DNA from: Candidatus Omnitrophota bacterium
Lineage (GTDB): Bacteria; Omnitrophota; Gorgyraeia; Zapsychrales; Zapsychraceae
Length of the DNA: 64,000 bases
Reading direction: 5' to 3'
NCBI GenBank assembly: GCA_050250375.1
Contig: JBFWOS010000001.1
Span: 544,351 to 608,350, forward strand
Below, one piece after another: positions 1 to 9,272 of this stretch. The translations under genes and the position numbers were made by a program. Under the pieces are notes generated by a model. That model saw nothing but the letters and a program-made list of their open reading frames with translations, made no database searches and was not told where the DNA came from. Position 1 is the first letter of the stretch, and every line of letters starts with the position of its first letter.

Positions 1-1209
1 CATTTTCCGTATCGCCTCATTCCTATCCTTCCCGTATGTAATTAATTTAGCGACCATTGAATCATAATACGGACTGATTTTGTAACCTGGGTATATATGC
101 GTGTCAATTCTGATTCCCGGTCCGCCGGGCAAATTTAACTGTTCAATCGTGCCAGGGGACGGAATAAAATTATTCAGCGGATCTTCGGCGTTGATTCGGC
201 ATTCAATGGCTGCGCCGGTAAAAGTGATATCCTCCTGCTTAAAAGGCAATTTCTTTCCATAAGCAATATTAATTTGTTCCTTCACAATATCTATCCCTGT
301 AATCATCTCAGTGACCGGGTGTTCAACTTGTATACGGGTATTCATTTCCATAAAGAAAAATTCCCCAGAAGCATCGACCAAAAATTCAATCGTTCCGACA
401 CTTTGGTAATCAGCCGCCTTGGCCGCTTTGATCGCGGCTTCGCCCATTTTTTTTCTTAATTTTGGATCTAAGATCGGAGATGGCGCCTCTTCAAGAAGTT
501 TCTGATGTCTTCGCTGGATACTGCAATCACGTTCACCCAAATGAACGATATTCCCATAGTTATCCGCAACAATCTGAAATTCCACGTGCCGGGGATCTTC
601 AATGTATTTCTCGATATAAACGTCCGGATTTCCAAAATTGGCTTCCGCTTCATTCTGGGCAATATTGAATGAACTGGCCAAGGTAATATCATTGTGGCAG
701 ACCCGCATGCCTTTGCCGCCACCACCCGCGGAGGCCTTAACAATAACAGGGTACTTTATCTTTTTAGCAATCTCGATCGCCTCTTCTTTATTCTTAACGA
801 CCCCTTTCCCTCCGGGAGTTAACGGGACGCCTGATTTTCGCATGGTATCTTTTGCGGTGACTTTGTCTCCCATTAACCTTATCGTTTTAGGACTCGGGCC
901 AATAAATTTTATTTTGCAAGACTCACAAATCTCTGCGAAATGGGCGTTCTCAGATAAAAAACCATATCCGGGATGAATTGCTTCCACATCGGTTACTTCG
1001 GCCGCCGATATAATGGCCGGTATATTCAGATAGCTGTCAATGCTGGCAGGCGGACCAATGCAGACGGCCTCATCGGCAAAACGCACATGCAGTGAGTCCC
1101 GATCCGCTTCTGAAAAAACCGCGACCGTCCTTATGTTCATTTCCCGACAGGCCCGAATAATTCTTAAGGCAATTTCTCCACGGTTTGCTATAAGTATTTT
1201 AGAAAACAT
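1..1209 (-). CDS. accC: Acetyl-CoA carboxylase biotin carboxylase subunit (3' end beyond window)
   Basis: Not in the ORF track. Read manually from ATG at 1209: [24 protein letters not shown], with later [20 protein letters not shown] and ECRINAED motifs; follows accB. Confidence 0.97.
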   Translation of the reverse strand, partial: MFSKILIANRGEIALRIIRACREMNIRTVAVFSEADRDSLHVRFADEAVCIGPPASIDSYLNIPAIISAAEVTDVEAIHPGYGFLSENAHFAEICESCKIKFIGPSPKTIRLMGDKVTAKDTMRKSGVPLTPGGKGVVKNKEEAIEIAKKIKYPVIVKASAGGGGKGMRVCHNDITLASSFNIAQNEAEANFGNPDVYIEKYIEDPRHVEFQIVADNYGNIVHLGERDCSIQRRHQKLLEEAPSPILDPKLRKKMGEAAIKAAKAADYQSVGTIEFLVDASGEFFFMEMNTRIQVEHPVTEMITGIDIVKEQINIAYGKKLPFKQEDITFTGAAIECRINAEDPLNNFIPSPGTIEQLNLPGGPGIRIDTHIYPGYKISPYYDSMVAKLITYGKDRNEAIRKM

Positions 1210-1224
1210 ATATTTTAGTTCTGA

Positions 1225-1677
1225 TTATAGCGGTTCAACAGTAAATAAAACTTGCCCAAACTCAACCGGCTGGGCATTTTCGACCAATACTTCAGCGATC
1301 TTTCCTTTAACTTCAGATTTGATCTCATTCATTAATTTCATGGCTTCGACAATACAGACGACCTGGCCGATTTCGACGACCTGGCCGATTTCGATGAAAG
1401 GCGGTGAGTCTGGAGACGGGGCAAGATAAAATGTGCCCACCATCGGAGATTTGATCTCCAGGTGATTTGAAGGGACTCCTGTTGTTTTAGAATCTGGTTT
1501 TATTGAGGCTGGATGGGCATCAATATGATAACTATGCGGCGAATGGTGAATAAAATCTGAGACTTCAGCGGATGACTTCTTTAATTTTATTTTAACTCCT
1601 TCACGTTCCAATTCAATTTCAGTTAAATCGTTTTCATTCATCAGGTTGATCATTTCACGAATTTCTTTTAAATTCAT
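1225..1677 (-). CDS. accB: Biotin carboxyl carrier protein
   Basis: SPMVGTFY and EAMKLMN biotinylation motif. Confidence 0.97.
   Translation of the reverse strand: MNLKEIREMINLMNENDLTEIELEREGVKIKLKKSSAEVSDFIHHSPHSYHIDAHPASIKPDSKTTGVPSNHLEIKSPMVGTFYLAPSPDSPPFIEIGQVVEIGQVVCIVEAMKLMNEIKSEVKGKIAEVLVENAQPVEFGQVLFTVEPL
1357..1394. repeat. Perfect 18-bp tandem duplication inside accB
   Basis: gacgacctggccgatttc x2, encoding EIGQVV-EIGQVV. Confidence 0.9.
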
Positions 1678-2240
1678 GCTTTTACCCTTTCGACATACAG
1701 CCCAGTCCTTGTATCAATCTTGATTTTATCTCCAATGTCGATGAACAAAGGCACAGGTACGGTCGCTCCGCTATCAATTTCAGCCGGTTTATTCCCCGAT
1801 TTAGACGTGTCGCCCTTAAATCCGGGTTCCGTATGAATAACCTCAGCAATAATAAAAATAGGCAACTCGACTTTTAATAATTCATTGTTATAAAACATGC
1901 CCGAGACTTCACAGTTTTCCTGGAGGAATCGAACTGAATCCCCGATCAAACCCTTTGGAACGACAACCTCTTCAAAAGTTGAATTGTCCATAAAATGGTA
2001 ATTGTCGCCACTTTCATATAAATTCTGCAGCTTACGTTCCTCAAGAATAATTTCTTCAACTTTATCTGCTGATTTAATCGTTTTCTCGATGTTTTGCTGA
2101 GTACGGACATTTTTAAGTTTGACTTTAGCAAATGCCCCGCCCTTACCTGGTTTGATATGTTGACTTTCCACGACAATAAAAATATTGCCGTCCATTAGGA
2201 TGCCAATACCGGCCTTGATTTGATTAATGGATATTCCCAC
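1674..2240 (-). CDS. efp: Elongation factor P
   Basis: KPGKG loop, PGFKGDT, VPLFI; probable GTG start at 2240 after GAGGT SD. Confidence 0.96.
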   Translation of the reverse strand: MGISINQIKAGIGILMDGNIFIVVESQHIKPGKGGAFAKVKLKNVRTQQNIEKTIKSADKVEEIILEERKLQNLYESGDNYHFMDNSTFEEVVVPKGLIGDSVRFLQENCEVSGMFYNNELLKVELPIFIIAEVIHTEPGFKGDTSKSGNKPAEIDSGATVPVPLFIDIGDKIKIDTRTGLYVERVKA

Positions 2241-3279
2241 TGAGGACCTCACAACCTTTCTTTTTGACCAACACCATCTCTTCTAGCCTTATCCCGAACT
2301 TACCGGATAGATAAACGGCGGGTTCTACCGTGACCACCATCCCGGATTTTAAGGGTTTATTGTTGGTATGATATATTCGGGGACTTTCATGAATTTCCAG
2401 TCCAACACCATGCCCTAGAGAATGGCCAAAATATTTGTCTAACTTTTTACTTTCCAAATATTTACGTGCTTTTAAATCTACTTCTGAAATATCAACACCA
2501 TCCCTGATAACCGCAATGGCTCTTTGCTGCGCTTCGTAGACATGGGCCGATATTTCTTTTACAAGATTTGATATTTTACCTAAAAAGAACATACGTGTCA
2601 AGTCGGTCTTATAGCCATTCAAATCGACCCCCATATCGACTAACACTGGCTCATTATCCCTTATTTTTCTAATAGTTACGTGCGCGTGAGGATAACTGGA
2701 ATTGGGCCCGGAGGCGATGATCGGGCTGAATGAAAAGGTCACATTTTCTGAACGAATAAATGACTCCAATTTGTGCAGCACCTCTTTTTCAGATATATTA
2801 GGTTTAATATATCTTTTAATATATTTTAAGGCACGTTCATGAATACTGAGCCCTTTTCTGATCATCGCAATCTCGCCGGGTTCTTTAATCTCACGAAGAG
2901 ATTCAATTAGCGTATTCGCTTCAATCAAGCGCATGGCTTTGGGGCATTGACTTTGCAATTGTTTAAAGCGATATAGGCTCCAATGATTTTCATTAAATCC
3001 GATTCGCTGGATATTGTCTGCAGCCATGATTTCAAATAAAGATTTATAAATGGATCCATGATAAAGAACGGGCTTGATGGACTTTAAAGATTTTCTGACT
3101 TCATGAAAATAACGAAAATCCGTAAGATAGTATGCCTTTTTAGGCGTAACCAACAGCCAAGATTCGCTGGCCGTGGGATATTGGCTAAGATACCGAACAT
3201 CAATATCATTAACGACAAGCAATGCGTCAATTTTATGTTGATTAAAAAATGATCGGACTTTTGATAAACGGCTGTTCAT
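2224..3279 (-). CDS. pepP: Xaa-Pro aminopeptidase (M24B)
   Basis: HSLGHGVGLEIHE, TVEP and GIRLEE metal-binding motifs; aroQ-pepP-efp context. Confidence 0.9.
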   Translation of the reverse strand: MNSRLSKVRSFFNQHKIDALLVVNDIDVRYLSQYPTASESWLLVTPKKAYYLTDFRYFHEVRKSLKSIKPVLYHGSIYKSLFEIMAADNIQRIGFNENHWSLYRFKQLQSQCPKAMRLIEANTLIESLREIKEPGEIAMIRKGLSIHERALKYIKRYIKPNISEKEVLHKLESFIRSENVTFSFSPIIASGPNSSYPHAHVTIRKIRDNEPVLVDMGVDLNGYKTDLTRMFFLGKISNLVKEISAHVYEAQQRAIAVIRDGVDISEVDLKARKYLESKKLDKYFGHSLGHGVGLEIHESPRIYHTNNKPLKSGMVVTVEPAVYLSGKFGIRLEEMVLVKKKGCEVLSGNIH

Positions 3280-3325
3280 TGAATACTAGAGGGGAAAATC
3301 TAAGTCCCGTGACTTGGTAGTTTAT

Positions 3326-3766
3326 TCATTGATTAACAATCTTAATGAGGGCATCCAGGCCTAAAAAATAACTTTCGATACCAAATCCTGTTATTTGACC
3401 AAGACAAACCGGAGCACATAACGAAATATGCCGAAATTCTTCACGGGCATGAATATTAGACAAATGAACCTCAACGGTCGGTATATTGGCAGCCGCAATG
3501 GCGTCACGTATGGCGATACTCGTATGTGTATAGGCTGCCGGGTTGATCAGAATAGCCTTGTATTGTTGAGTCTTTGCCGTTCCGATCACATCCACGATCT
3601 CGCCCTCATGATTGGACTGGAATATGTCCAAAACAATCTTCTTTTCTTTGGCTTTGGAAATAAGCTGTTCATTAATCTGGCTTAACGTGGTATTACCATA
3701 AATGTTGTTTTCACGCTGGCCTAAAAGGTTCAAATTGGGACCGTGTATGACTAATATTTTGTTCAA
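3326..3766 (-). CDS. aroQ: Type II 3-dehydroquinate dehydratase
   Basis: [28 protein letters not shown]. Confidence 0.97.
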   Translation of the reverse strand: MNKILVIHGPNLNLLGQRENNIYGNTTLSQINEQLISKAKEKKIVLDIFQSNHEGEIVDVIGTAKTQQYKAILINPAAYTHTSIAIRDAIAAANIPTVEVHLSNIHAREEFRHISLCAPVCLGQITGFGIESYFLGLDALIKIVNQ

Positions 3767-3768
3767 AA

Positions 3769-4236
3769 TTACTCCTTTTCCGAATTCTTTCTTGCACGGC
3801 TGATTTCTACATATTTAATCTGAAGTTCATAAATGGATGCATCCAGAAGGTTTTCTTCTTTATCATCCAGGTTTCCTTTGGTTTTTTCACGGATCATCAC
3901 CAACGTATCAATTAAGAACTTAGCCTGGCCAATATTTTCTTCCTTTTGATTAGTCACGGGATGGGGAATTTCACCCAAAAATATCAATGCCTGAAACCCA
4001 AGACTTGTTACATAGTTCAAGAAATTAATTTCAATCGATCCGTAATCCCCATCAGACTGGTCGTTTTTGAATCCCTCCAGATTATCTTCCTCCCGTTCAT
4101 CTTGTAAAGAATTAAGCGGCTCTTTGACATATATCTTGGATTTTTGTTTGCCCGGAATTTCTTTGGGATTCTGTTGTTCTTTGTCCCTGAACGCCGCTTC
4201 TTTCCAGGATTCATCAACAAATTTATCATCTTCCAT
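3769..4236 (-). CDS. DUF1844-like protein
   Basis: C-terminal [11 protein letters not shown]...AKFLIDTL...KTKGNL...E pattern; ATG at 4236 after GAGG SD. Confidence 0.75.
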   Translation of the reverse strand: MEDDKFVDESWKEAAFRDKEQQNPKEIPGKQKSKIYVKEPLNSLQDEREEDNLEGFKNDQSDGDYGSIEINFLNYVTSLGFQALIFLGEIPHPVTNQKEENIGQAKFLIDTLVMIREKTKGNLDDKEENLLDASIYELQIKYVEISRARKNSEKE

Positions 4237-4298
4237 AGTAACCTCTTCTTTCAAGCGTGAGATCCATGCTAAACTAAAATGTTTGAATGAGTAGCCAT

Positions 4299-4327
4299 AG
4301 AATATCATTTTGCCCAGCCAATGTCAA
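4299..4327 (-). promoter_or_regulatory. Sigma70-type promoter for DUF1844-aroQ-pepP-efp-accBC
   Basis: TTGACA-17 nt-TATTCT, with TGn extended -10. Confidence 0.7.
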
Positions 4328-4355
4328 ACAGATGATCCCCGACGATAAGGAAAAA

Positions 4356-5063
4356 TTACGGGTTAAGCTCTTCACCGTTACCTCTAAAGGTGATAACAAC
4401 ATTAAATGTCAACTGTGGATAAGGCAGATCTTTGGGAAACGGGGGAAACGGGGCAGAATCTTTTATGCTCCGTAACCCGATTGAACGTAAATATTCATTC
4501 GCGGATGTTTTTTCTTCAATAATCTTGATCGCATCAATCTCTCCCTTAGAATTAACAACAAACGTCAAATAAATATAACCCTCCTCAAAATCTTCCAGAT
4601 CAAAATAACTAAACGCCTTACTCCGGATTCTCTGCCAAAGAGTTTGATTGTAACTAATATATTTTGGATTGGTTATTTTTTCTGACCTGATTAAATCAAC
4701 CGACATTTTTCGCTCAGAATCGAATGTTTTGAGATCAGGTGTCATTTTTCGGTCCAGCGAAACCTTTTTAGAAAACTTTGAGATATCCTTAACCTCTTTA
4801 TCAAAGACAGAAAATTTTTCATTGGTTTTCTTGATCAGCTTAACATCCTTCGGCAACGGCCGTTCTTTTATAGCCTTTGATTCTTTCTCAACAATCGGTT
4901 TTTGTTTTTCAACCTTGACAGACGCCACCTTCTGATAAGTCACCTCAATTTGGTTTACCTTTTTGGGAGGGTCTATGATCCGTTTAGAAGCCAACGATTT
5001 TATGACAGAGAAATGAATGAAGCAGGAAATTATAAAACAACAATAAAATAGTTTATTCTGCAT
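4356..5063 (-). CDS. TonB/TolA C-terminal domain protein
   Basis: N-terminal TM helix with S-x3-H (SCFIH), Lys-rich spacer, C-terminal LTFVVNSKGEI...SAPFPPFP. Confidence 0.75.
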   Translation of the reverse strand: MQNKLFYCCFIISCFIHFSVIKSLASKRIIDPPKKVNQIEVTYQKVASVKVEKQKPIVEKESKAIKERPLPKDVKLIKKTNEKFSVFDKEVKDISKFSKKVSLDRKMTPDLKTFDSERKMSVDLIRSEKITNPKYISYNQTLWQRIRSKAFSYFDLEDFEEGYIYLTFVVNSKGEIDAIKIIEEKTSANEYLRSIGLRSIKDSAPFPPFPKDLPYPQLTFNVVITFRGNGEELNP

Positions 5064-5148
5064 GCTTAGTTCTGGTTCCTAAATTATGTCTCAGCTCAAA
5101 CCGTTTCGGGATCATGCTGCTGACTGTGATAAACAACAATCATAGAAA

Positions 5149-5814
5149 CTATGGGGTAAATATCTCTTTTATCAAGTATTTAAAAAAACGTAAGGTGTCC
5201 CGTACGGGACGTATGTGGCTTGTTTCTCCACGATAAATTGTCTGAACAGGAACAGCATGGATTGAAAAACCCTTCTTAGCGCTCTTGATCAGTATTTCGG
5301 ATTCAATTTCATAACATCCGCTCGTTAATTTAATTGTTTGCAGAACATCTTTGCCGATAAACCTGTAACCGCATTGCGAATCCAAAACTTTTTGCCGGCA
5401 AACAGCCGAAATCAAAAAGGACATAAACCGGTTGGTGCATCGTCTGACAAAAGGCATATCTTTGAAATTAGTCATTCTGTCACCGTTTATGATTGTATCT
5501 TTCTGAAAATGCGGGGACGCAAAGAAATTATCCAGGTCACTGATCGCATGCTGACCGTCCCCATCCATTGTAATAACTCCATCGTACCCCCGGTCCAGGA
5601 CGTATTGAAACCCTTTTTGTAAGCTGAAACCTTTTCCCTGGTTTGTCCCATTGGACAATACGACCGCCCCGTTCTCAGCAGCCAAGGCGCCCGATCCGTC
5701 GGATGATCCGTCATCAATCACCACGACAGACAGTTTTTTATCTTTTAGTTTTCGAACGATGTCGCCGATGGTCTTTCCTTCATTCAAGATAGGGATTAAA
5801 ATGCAGACTTTCAT
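5149..5814 (-). CDS. GT2 glycosyltransferase (DPM-synthase-like)
   Basis: VIDDGSSDG, NQGKG, MDGDGQH, DSQCGYR. Confidence 0.9.
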   Translation of the reverse strand: MKVCILIPILNEGKTIGDIVRKLKDKKLSVVVIDDGSSDGSGALAAENGAVVLSNGTNQGKGFSLQKGFQYVLDRGYDGVITMDGDGQHAISDLDNFFASPHFQKDTIINGDRMTNFKDMPFVRRCTNRFMSFLISAVCRQKVLDSQCGYRFIGKDVLQTIKLTSGCYEIESEILIKSAKKGFSIHAVPVQTIYRGETSHIRPVRDTLRFFKYLIKEIFTP

Positions 5815-6053
5815 TAATGTCCCGGCTCCAGTTTAAATAAGACAGAACCAATAGGGGCTTCGTCTCCCTCCATAAAACATAACTCCTTAATTATTCCGTC
5901 AGAAGTAGCTGGAACATTAAAGGTGGCCTTATCGGTAACCACTTCAACGACGTCGTCATTCTTTTTGATTGTATCTCCAACATTATGATGATAGCAGGCG
6001 ATCGTCGCTTTTTCGACACCTTCACCTAATTCCGGCAACAAAACGTCAACCAT
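5814..6053 (-). CDS. Stand-alone lipoyl-domain protein
   Basis: LPELGEGV...EVVTDKATFNVPA...G E2-type lipoyl domain; AGGAG SD before ATG at 6053. Confidence 0.85.
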   Translation of the reverse strand: MVDVLLPELGEGVEKATIACYHHNVGDTIKKNDDVVEVVTDKATFNVPATSDGIIKELCFMEGDEAPIGSVLFKLEPGH

Positions 6054-6076
6054 ATTTATCTCCTGTTTATTTTTCA

Positions 6077-6823
6077 TCATTTCCTTTTAGTGGAAAATGA
6101 AGACGGTTCGCTTTCAGGGTGATCTCGTTGAGGCAAAGCTTTAGAAGACTCACCTGAATCATAGGACTCAGAACGACCTTTGACTAAATTGAAAATATTT
6201 AAAAATTGATCAATTACCTTTTCTTTTATTTCCTGCATACTCAGTTTATGTCCCAATATATTAGACATAGAATTCATCTCAACATTTAATCCGCATGGTT
6301 TTATGCATGAAAACAACGACAGGTCCGTGTTCACATTGATCCCAACCCCGTGAAAAGAGACCCAGCGTTTGACACCAATCCCAATCGAAACAACCTTTTT
6401 GTCATCGACCCATACACCCGTTTGCCCTGATTCTCGCCTGGGGTTAAGTCCATACCGTTTCAAGACCGCCATCGATATGTCTTCCAAGGCCCTTAAGTAT
6501 ATCCTTAAATCCTTTCCATAATCCACCAGGTTAATGATCGGATAAATAACCAGTTGGCCGGGAGCATGCAAAGTCACATCTCCTCCACGGTCAATATCCC
6601 TAACGGCTATTCCCCGGTCATCCAAGAATTGCTGCCCCAATAGAATATTTTCAGTCTTTGTCATCCTTCCTTTTGTTAAGACGGCCGGGTGTTCGCATAA
6701 AAAAAGAAACGGACCAGAACCTTCCAATACTTTATCAACATATTGCTTCTGAAGCGCATAGGCCCGCTCATAACCGATTAAACCCAAATCCATGGTTGTT
6801 AGTTGTTTTTGTCCGAATTTCAT
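6077..6823 (-). CDS. lipB: Octanoyltransferase
   Basis: CEHPAVLTKGR, RGGDVTLHAPGQLVIYP, SIGI, HGVGIN, IKPCGL. Confidence 0.95.
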   Translation of the reverse strand: MKFGQKQLTTMDLGLIGYERAYALQKQYVDKVLEGSGPFLFLCEHPAVLTKGRMTKTENILLGQQFLDDRGIAVRDIDRGGDVTLHAPGQLVIYPIINLVDYGKDLRIYLRALEDISMAVLKRYGLNPRRESGQTGVWVDDKKVVSIGIGVKRWVSFHGVGINVNTDLSLFSCIKPCGLNVEMNSMSNILGHKLSMQEIKEKVIDQFLNIFNLVKGRSESYDSGESSKALPQRDHPESEPSSFSTKRK

Positions 6824-6834
6824 CCTTACTCCAA

Positions 6835-6878
6835 ATAATTAACCCCGGCCATCTTTTAAGATGGGCGGGGTTAATTAT
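6835..6878. terminator. 20-bp inverted repeat (1 mismatch); probable terminator after the IDH-like gene
   Basis: ataattaaccccggccatct-ttta-agatgggcggggttaattat. Confidence 0.7.
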
Positions 6879-6908
6879 ACCAAAACTTGTTCTTTGTTTT
6901 ATAGTAAT

Positions 6909-8117
6909 TTATTTTTTAAGTTTCTTAACTTCCGCTTCCCAGCTCGCCTTCAACTTAGAATTGTCGACCCAAGACAATAAATAATCGGTATATTCCGCAC
7001 CGGTTACTCCCGTATCACGTCCGGTTAAAACCTTCTTTTTTTCAAATTGTCCGCACATTTCAAGCGCCATATCAATCTTATCCGCCTTATCGGGACGACC
7101 GATGTGTCTTAAAAGCATGGCTGCCGCCCTGATCATTGAAGACGGATCAGCGAATTTTGCCCGTCCTTCTTTCACCATACGCGGGGCGCTTCCGTGAATC
7201 GCTTCAAACATACTCCAACGTTTACCAATATTCGCACTTCCTGCTGTGCCGACACCGCCCTGTAATTGTGCCGCTTCATCCGTTAGAATATCTCCGTAGA
7301 GATTAGGCATTACCATGACCTGAAATTCATTTCTTCGTGCTGGATCAATCAATTTTGCCGTCATGATGTCAATATACCATTCATCAAGGGTAATCCCCGG
7401 ATATTCGCCCGAAATACGTTTGGCCACCCTGGAAAATCGTCCGTCCGTAGTCTTAACAACATTGGATTTAGTCACTACTGTCACGCGTTTCTTTTTATTC
7501 ACTTTTGCATATTCAAACGCCATACGGATAATACGCTCCGATCCCTGTTCCGTTGTGATTGTAAAGTCAACACTCAAATCTTTCGTAACATCAAATCCCT
7601 TGGATCCGACGATATACGCTCCTTCAGTATTTTCCCTGAAAAAAGTCCAATCCACACCTTCCTGGGGTATCTTGACGGGTCTGACATTCGCAAACAGGTC
7701 AAGACTCCTGCGCATAGCCACATTGGCACTTTCAATATTCGGCCATTCGTCACCAGCCTGCGGTGTGGTTGTGGGTCCCTTTAAAATGACATGACAGGAT
7801 TTAATCTCTTTTAGGACGTCATCCGGGATCGCCTTATTCTGTTTGGCCCGGTTTTCAATGGTTAGTCCTGCGATATCACGGATTTCTACTTTTCCCGCCT
7901 TAACATCCGACTTCAAGACGTGCGTCAAAACTTGCTGCGCGTTCTTGGAGATAACCTCGCCGATTCCATCACCCCAGCAGGATCCAATAATAATCTTATC
8001 CAGAGAAGAAAAATCCATAAAAGCACCGCTTTTATTCATCTCCTTGACCCGCTTTAATTGTTCTTCAATAAGTGCACCGAATTTTTCTTTAGCTGAATCT
8101 ATAAATTTTTGTGACAT
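6909..8117 (-). CDS. Isocitrate/isopropylmalate dehydrogenase family protein
   Basis: GDGIG, KGPTTTP, SANVAMRR, RENTEG, NLYGDILTD, FEAIHGSAP. Confidence 0.9.
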   Translation of the reverse strand: MSQKFIDSAKEKFGALIEEQLKRVKEMNKSGAFMDFSSLDKIIIGSCWGDGIGEVISKNAQQVLTHVLKSDVKAGKVEIRDIAGLTIENRAKQNKAIPDDVLKEIKSCHVILKGPTTTPQAGDEWPNIESANVAMRRSLDLFANVRPVKIPQEGVDWTFFRENTEGAYIVGSKGFDVTKDLSVDFTITTEQGSERIIRMAFEYAKVNKKKRVTVVTKSNVVKTTDGRFSRVAKRISGEYPGITLDEWYIDIMTAKLIDPARRNEFQVMVMPNLYGDILTDEAAQLQGGVGTAGSANIGKRWSMFEAIHGSAPRMVKEGRAKFADPSSMIRAAAMLLRHIGRPDKADKIDMALEMCGQFEKKKVLTGRDTGVTGAEYTDYLLSWVDNSKLKASWEAEVKKLKK

Positions 8118-8170
8118 TTCTTTCCTCTATCTAATCTGGAATTTCTTAAATTAGTAAAATTGGTTGAATA

Positions 8171-9238
8171 TTAATAATCACTCGATCGACGAAGAAGCTG
8201 CTCGAATTCTTCAAGATTCTTGACCTGCATAATAGCATCTTCGTAGGTGATGACACCTTGCTCATACAGTGTCTTCAAGGACATATCCATGGTATGCATT
8301 CCGTATTGAATGCCTGTCTGAATGGATGTGGGGATTTGTTCAACCGCTCTTTCTCGGATCAAATTTCTAATAGCAGGTGTCGCGACCAATACTTCGGACG
8401 CCATAACCCGGCCTTGACCCGATGCCCTGGGTAATAATGTTTGAGAAACAATGCCTTGCAAAGCCGCCGATAGCTGCAACCGAACTTGCTGCTGCTGATG
8501 AGCAGGAAAAACGTCAATAACCCGTTCAATCGTCTGCGCCGTATCAGGTGTGTGCAGGGTAGCCAACACAAGGTGACCTGTTTCCGCGGCCGTAAGTGCC
8601 GTCGAGATCGTCTCAAGATCACGCATTTCACCAACAATAATGACATCCGGGTCCTGACGCAAACATCTCTTTAATGCTTCAGAAAATGAATTTGTGTCAC
8701 TATAAATTTCCCGCTGTTTGATGACAGCTTTGTTGTTTCTGTGGACATACTCTATAGGATCTTCAATACAGATAATCATACAAGAGCGTTCGGAATTGAT
8801 AACATTAACCATTGAAGCTAAGGTGGTTGTTTTACCGGAACCGGTGGGACCCGTAATAAGAACCAGTCCACTCGGTCTACGCGCAAAATCCAGGACCGCC
8901 GGAGGCAAACCCAAGTCTTCAATCGACGGAATATAATGCGGGATGCGTCTTAATGCCGCTTCAACGGAACCCTTCTGGATATGAACATTAACACGAAAAC
9001 GCTCAAGCCCTTCCATAGACAGAGAAAAATCCAATTCACGCTCTTGTTCAAACTTTTCTTTTTGGGTATCCGTCAGAATACCATAAATACATTTCTTTAA
9101 CTCTTCTTTAGATAAGGCGGGCCTGTCGGTTAATGTTAATTTACCGTCCATTCGAAGTACTGGCGGGCTGTTTTCTGTTAAATGGAGATCTGATGCCTTA
9201 CGTTCAATACACAATTTTAGAAGTTCTTTTAGGTCCAA
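8171..9238 (-). CDS. pilT: Type IV pilus retraction ATPase
   Basis: ASDLHL, GPTGSGKTTT, LRQDPD, AETGHLV, AIRNLIRE motif. Confidence 0.93.
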   Translation of the reverse strand: MDLKELLKLCIERKASDLHLTENSPPVLRMDGKLTLTDRPALSKEELKKCIYGILTDTQKEKFEQERELDFSLSMEGLERFRVNVHIQKGSVEAALRRIPHYIPSIEDLGLPPAVLDFARRPSGLVLITGPTGSGKTTTLASMVNVINSERSCMIICIEDPIEYVHRNNKAVIKQREIYSDTNSFSEALKRCLRQDPDVIIVGEMRDLETISTALTAAETGHLVLATLHTPDTAQTIERVIDVFPAHQQQQVRLQLSAALQGIVSQTLLPRASGQGRVMASEVLVATPAIRNLIRERAVEQIPTSIQTGIQYGMHTMDMSLKTLYEQGVITYEDAIMQVKNLEEFEQLLRRSSDY

Positions 9239-9272
9239 CGAAAACTCCTGTTTTGGGGTAATGATTGGTTGG

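Noticed and set aside
5064-5148. GCUGAGA...GAACC in the TonB-gene leader resembling a TPP riboswitch, with a weak hairpin
   Set aside because: It lacks the P1/P2 GGG-CCC pairing and the CUGAU/P5 arm; too incomplete to call
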